A stretch of 64,000 nucleotides of DNA from Heterodontus francisci (taxonomy: Eukaryota), in the NCBI RefSeq assembly GCF_036365525.1, contig NC_090378.1, positions 94,849,605 to 94,913,604 of the forward strand, read 5' to 3'. The notes below the pieces were generated by a model, which saw only the letters and a list, made by a program, of their open reading frames with translations, did not search any database and had not been told where the DNA came from. Within the stretch, counting starts at the first letter, position 1. Every line of letters starts with the position of its first letter. Below are positions 63,440-64,000 of this stretch, piece after piece. Position numbers and translations under genes: made by a program.

Positions 63440-63745
63440 CAAGGCAATCATCGCTGCCTCCTTACGCGCAGCATCCCCAACTGTCCCATCCTACTGATTT
63501 TCCTCCCCTGCATGCCCACTGGGGGCTCATCTTCCATCCTCTTTCCTGTCCCATTCACCCCTCCCAATGTTGACCCTGTGCCACTGGATCATCTCTCACT
63601 GCCCCTCTCCACATCTCCCGCCAGAACGTCCGTTCACTTGTAAGTGAGGCCCTAGCCATGCATGAGCTCATTACGGATGATTGAATCAACATCGTGAATT
63701 TGACAGAAACCTGACTGGGCGATGACGCCCTTTCTCCTTAATTCA
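63440..63745 (+). mobile_element. L2-type LINE fragment (start of APE endonuclease)
   Basis: QNVRSLVSEALAMHELITDD*INIVNLTET*L. The pyrimidine-rich decayed sequence at ~62000-63400 is probably of the same origin. Confidence 0.6.
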
Positions 63746-63756
63746 CCTTTCCTGTG

Positions 63757-64000
63757 ACCCGTGCCTTAGTTGGTAACACTCTTGCCTCAGAGTCAGAGGT
63801 TGTGGGTGCAAGTTCCACACCAGGACTTGAGCACAAAAATCAAGGCTGACATTCCAGTATCATACAGAGGGAGTGAAGCATTGTGGGAGATGCCGTCTTT
63901 TGGATGAGACGTTAAACCGATGCCCTATCTGTCGTTTTGGGTGGACATAAAAGATCCCATGGCATATTTCAAAGAGCAGGGGAGTTATTGAGGGGAGCTT
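63757..64000 (+). mobile_element. DeuSINE (runs off the window end)
   Basis: tRNA-like head, then gatgagacgttaaaccga..gtggacataaaagatcccatggca. Confidence 0.78.

Overview
This is a eukaryotic, repeat-dense vertebrate window. The HE1/V-SINE, DeuSINE and CR1 content points to a cartilaginous fish (shark). One host gene is supported: a + strand CCDC190 homologue with three coding exons (14535-14730, 17179-17332, 23506-24178; 340 aa, splice phases consistent), a probable non-coding first exon ending at 8167 and an RFX X-box just upstream. Most of the rest is mobile DNA: a Gmr1-like Gypsy LTR element (1-3545), many CR1 fragments, a near-full-length LINE without an evident ORF1 (55897-58970), RTE, Tx1 and L2 fragments, Penelope-like elements, and three SINE families. 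There is also a decayed Harbinger transposon with about ten related MITEs. The most notable observations are minimal hammerhead-ribozyme motifs in Penelope terminal repeats (one with an intact core, in sense just downstream of the CCDC190 stop), a tRNA-headed SINE built from both the 5' and 3' ends of that LINE, and an unclassified CpG-rich insertion (48657-49411) with direct repeats, subterminal inverted repeats and a hairpin carrying a CTCF-like motif. All family assignments were made by eye; no database searches were run.
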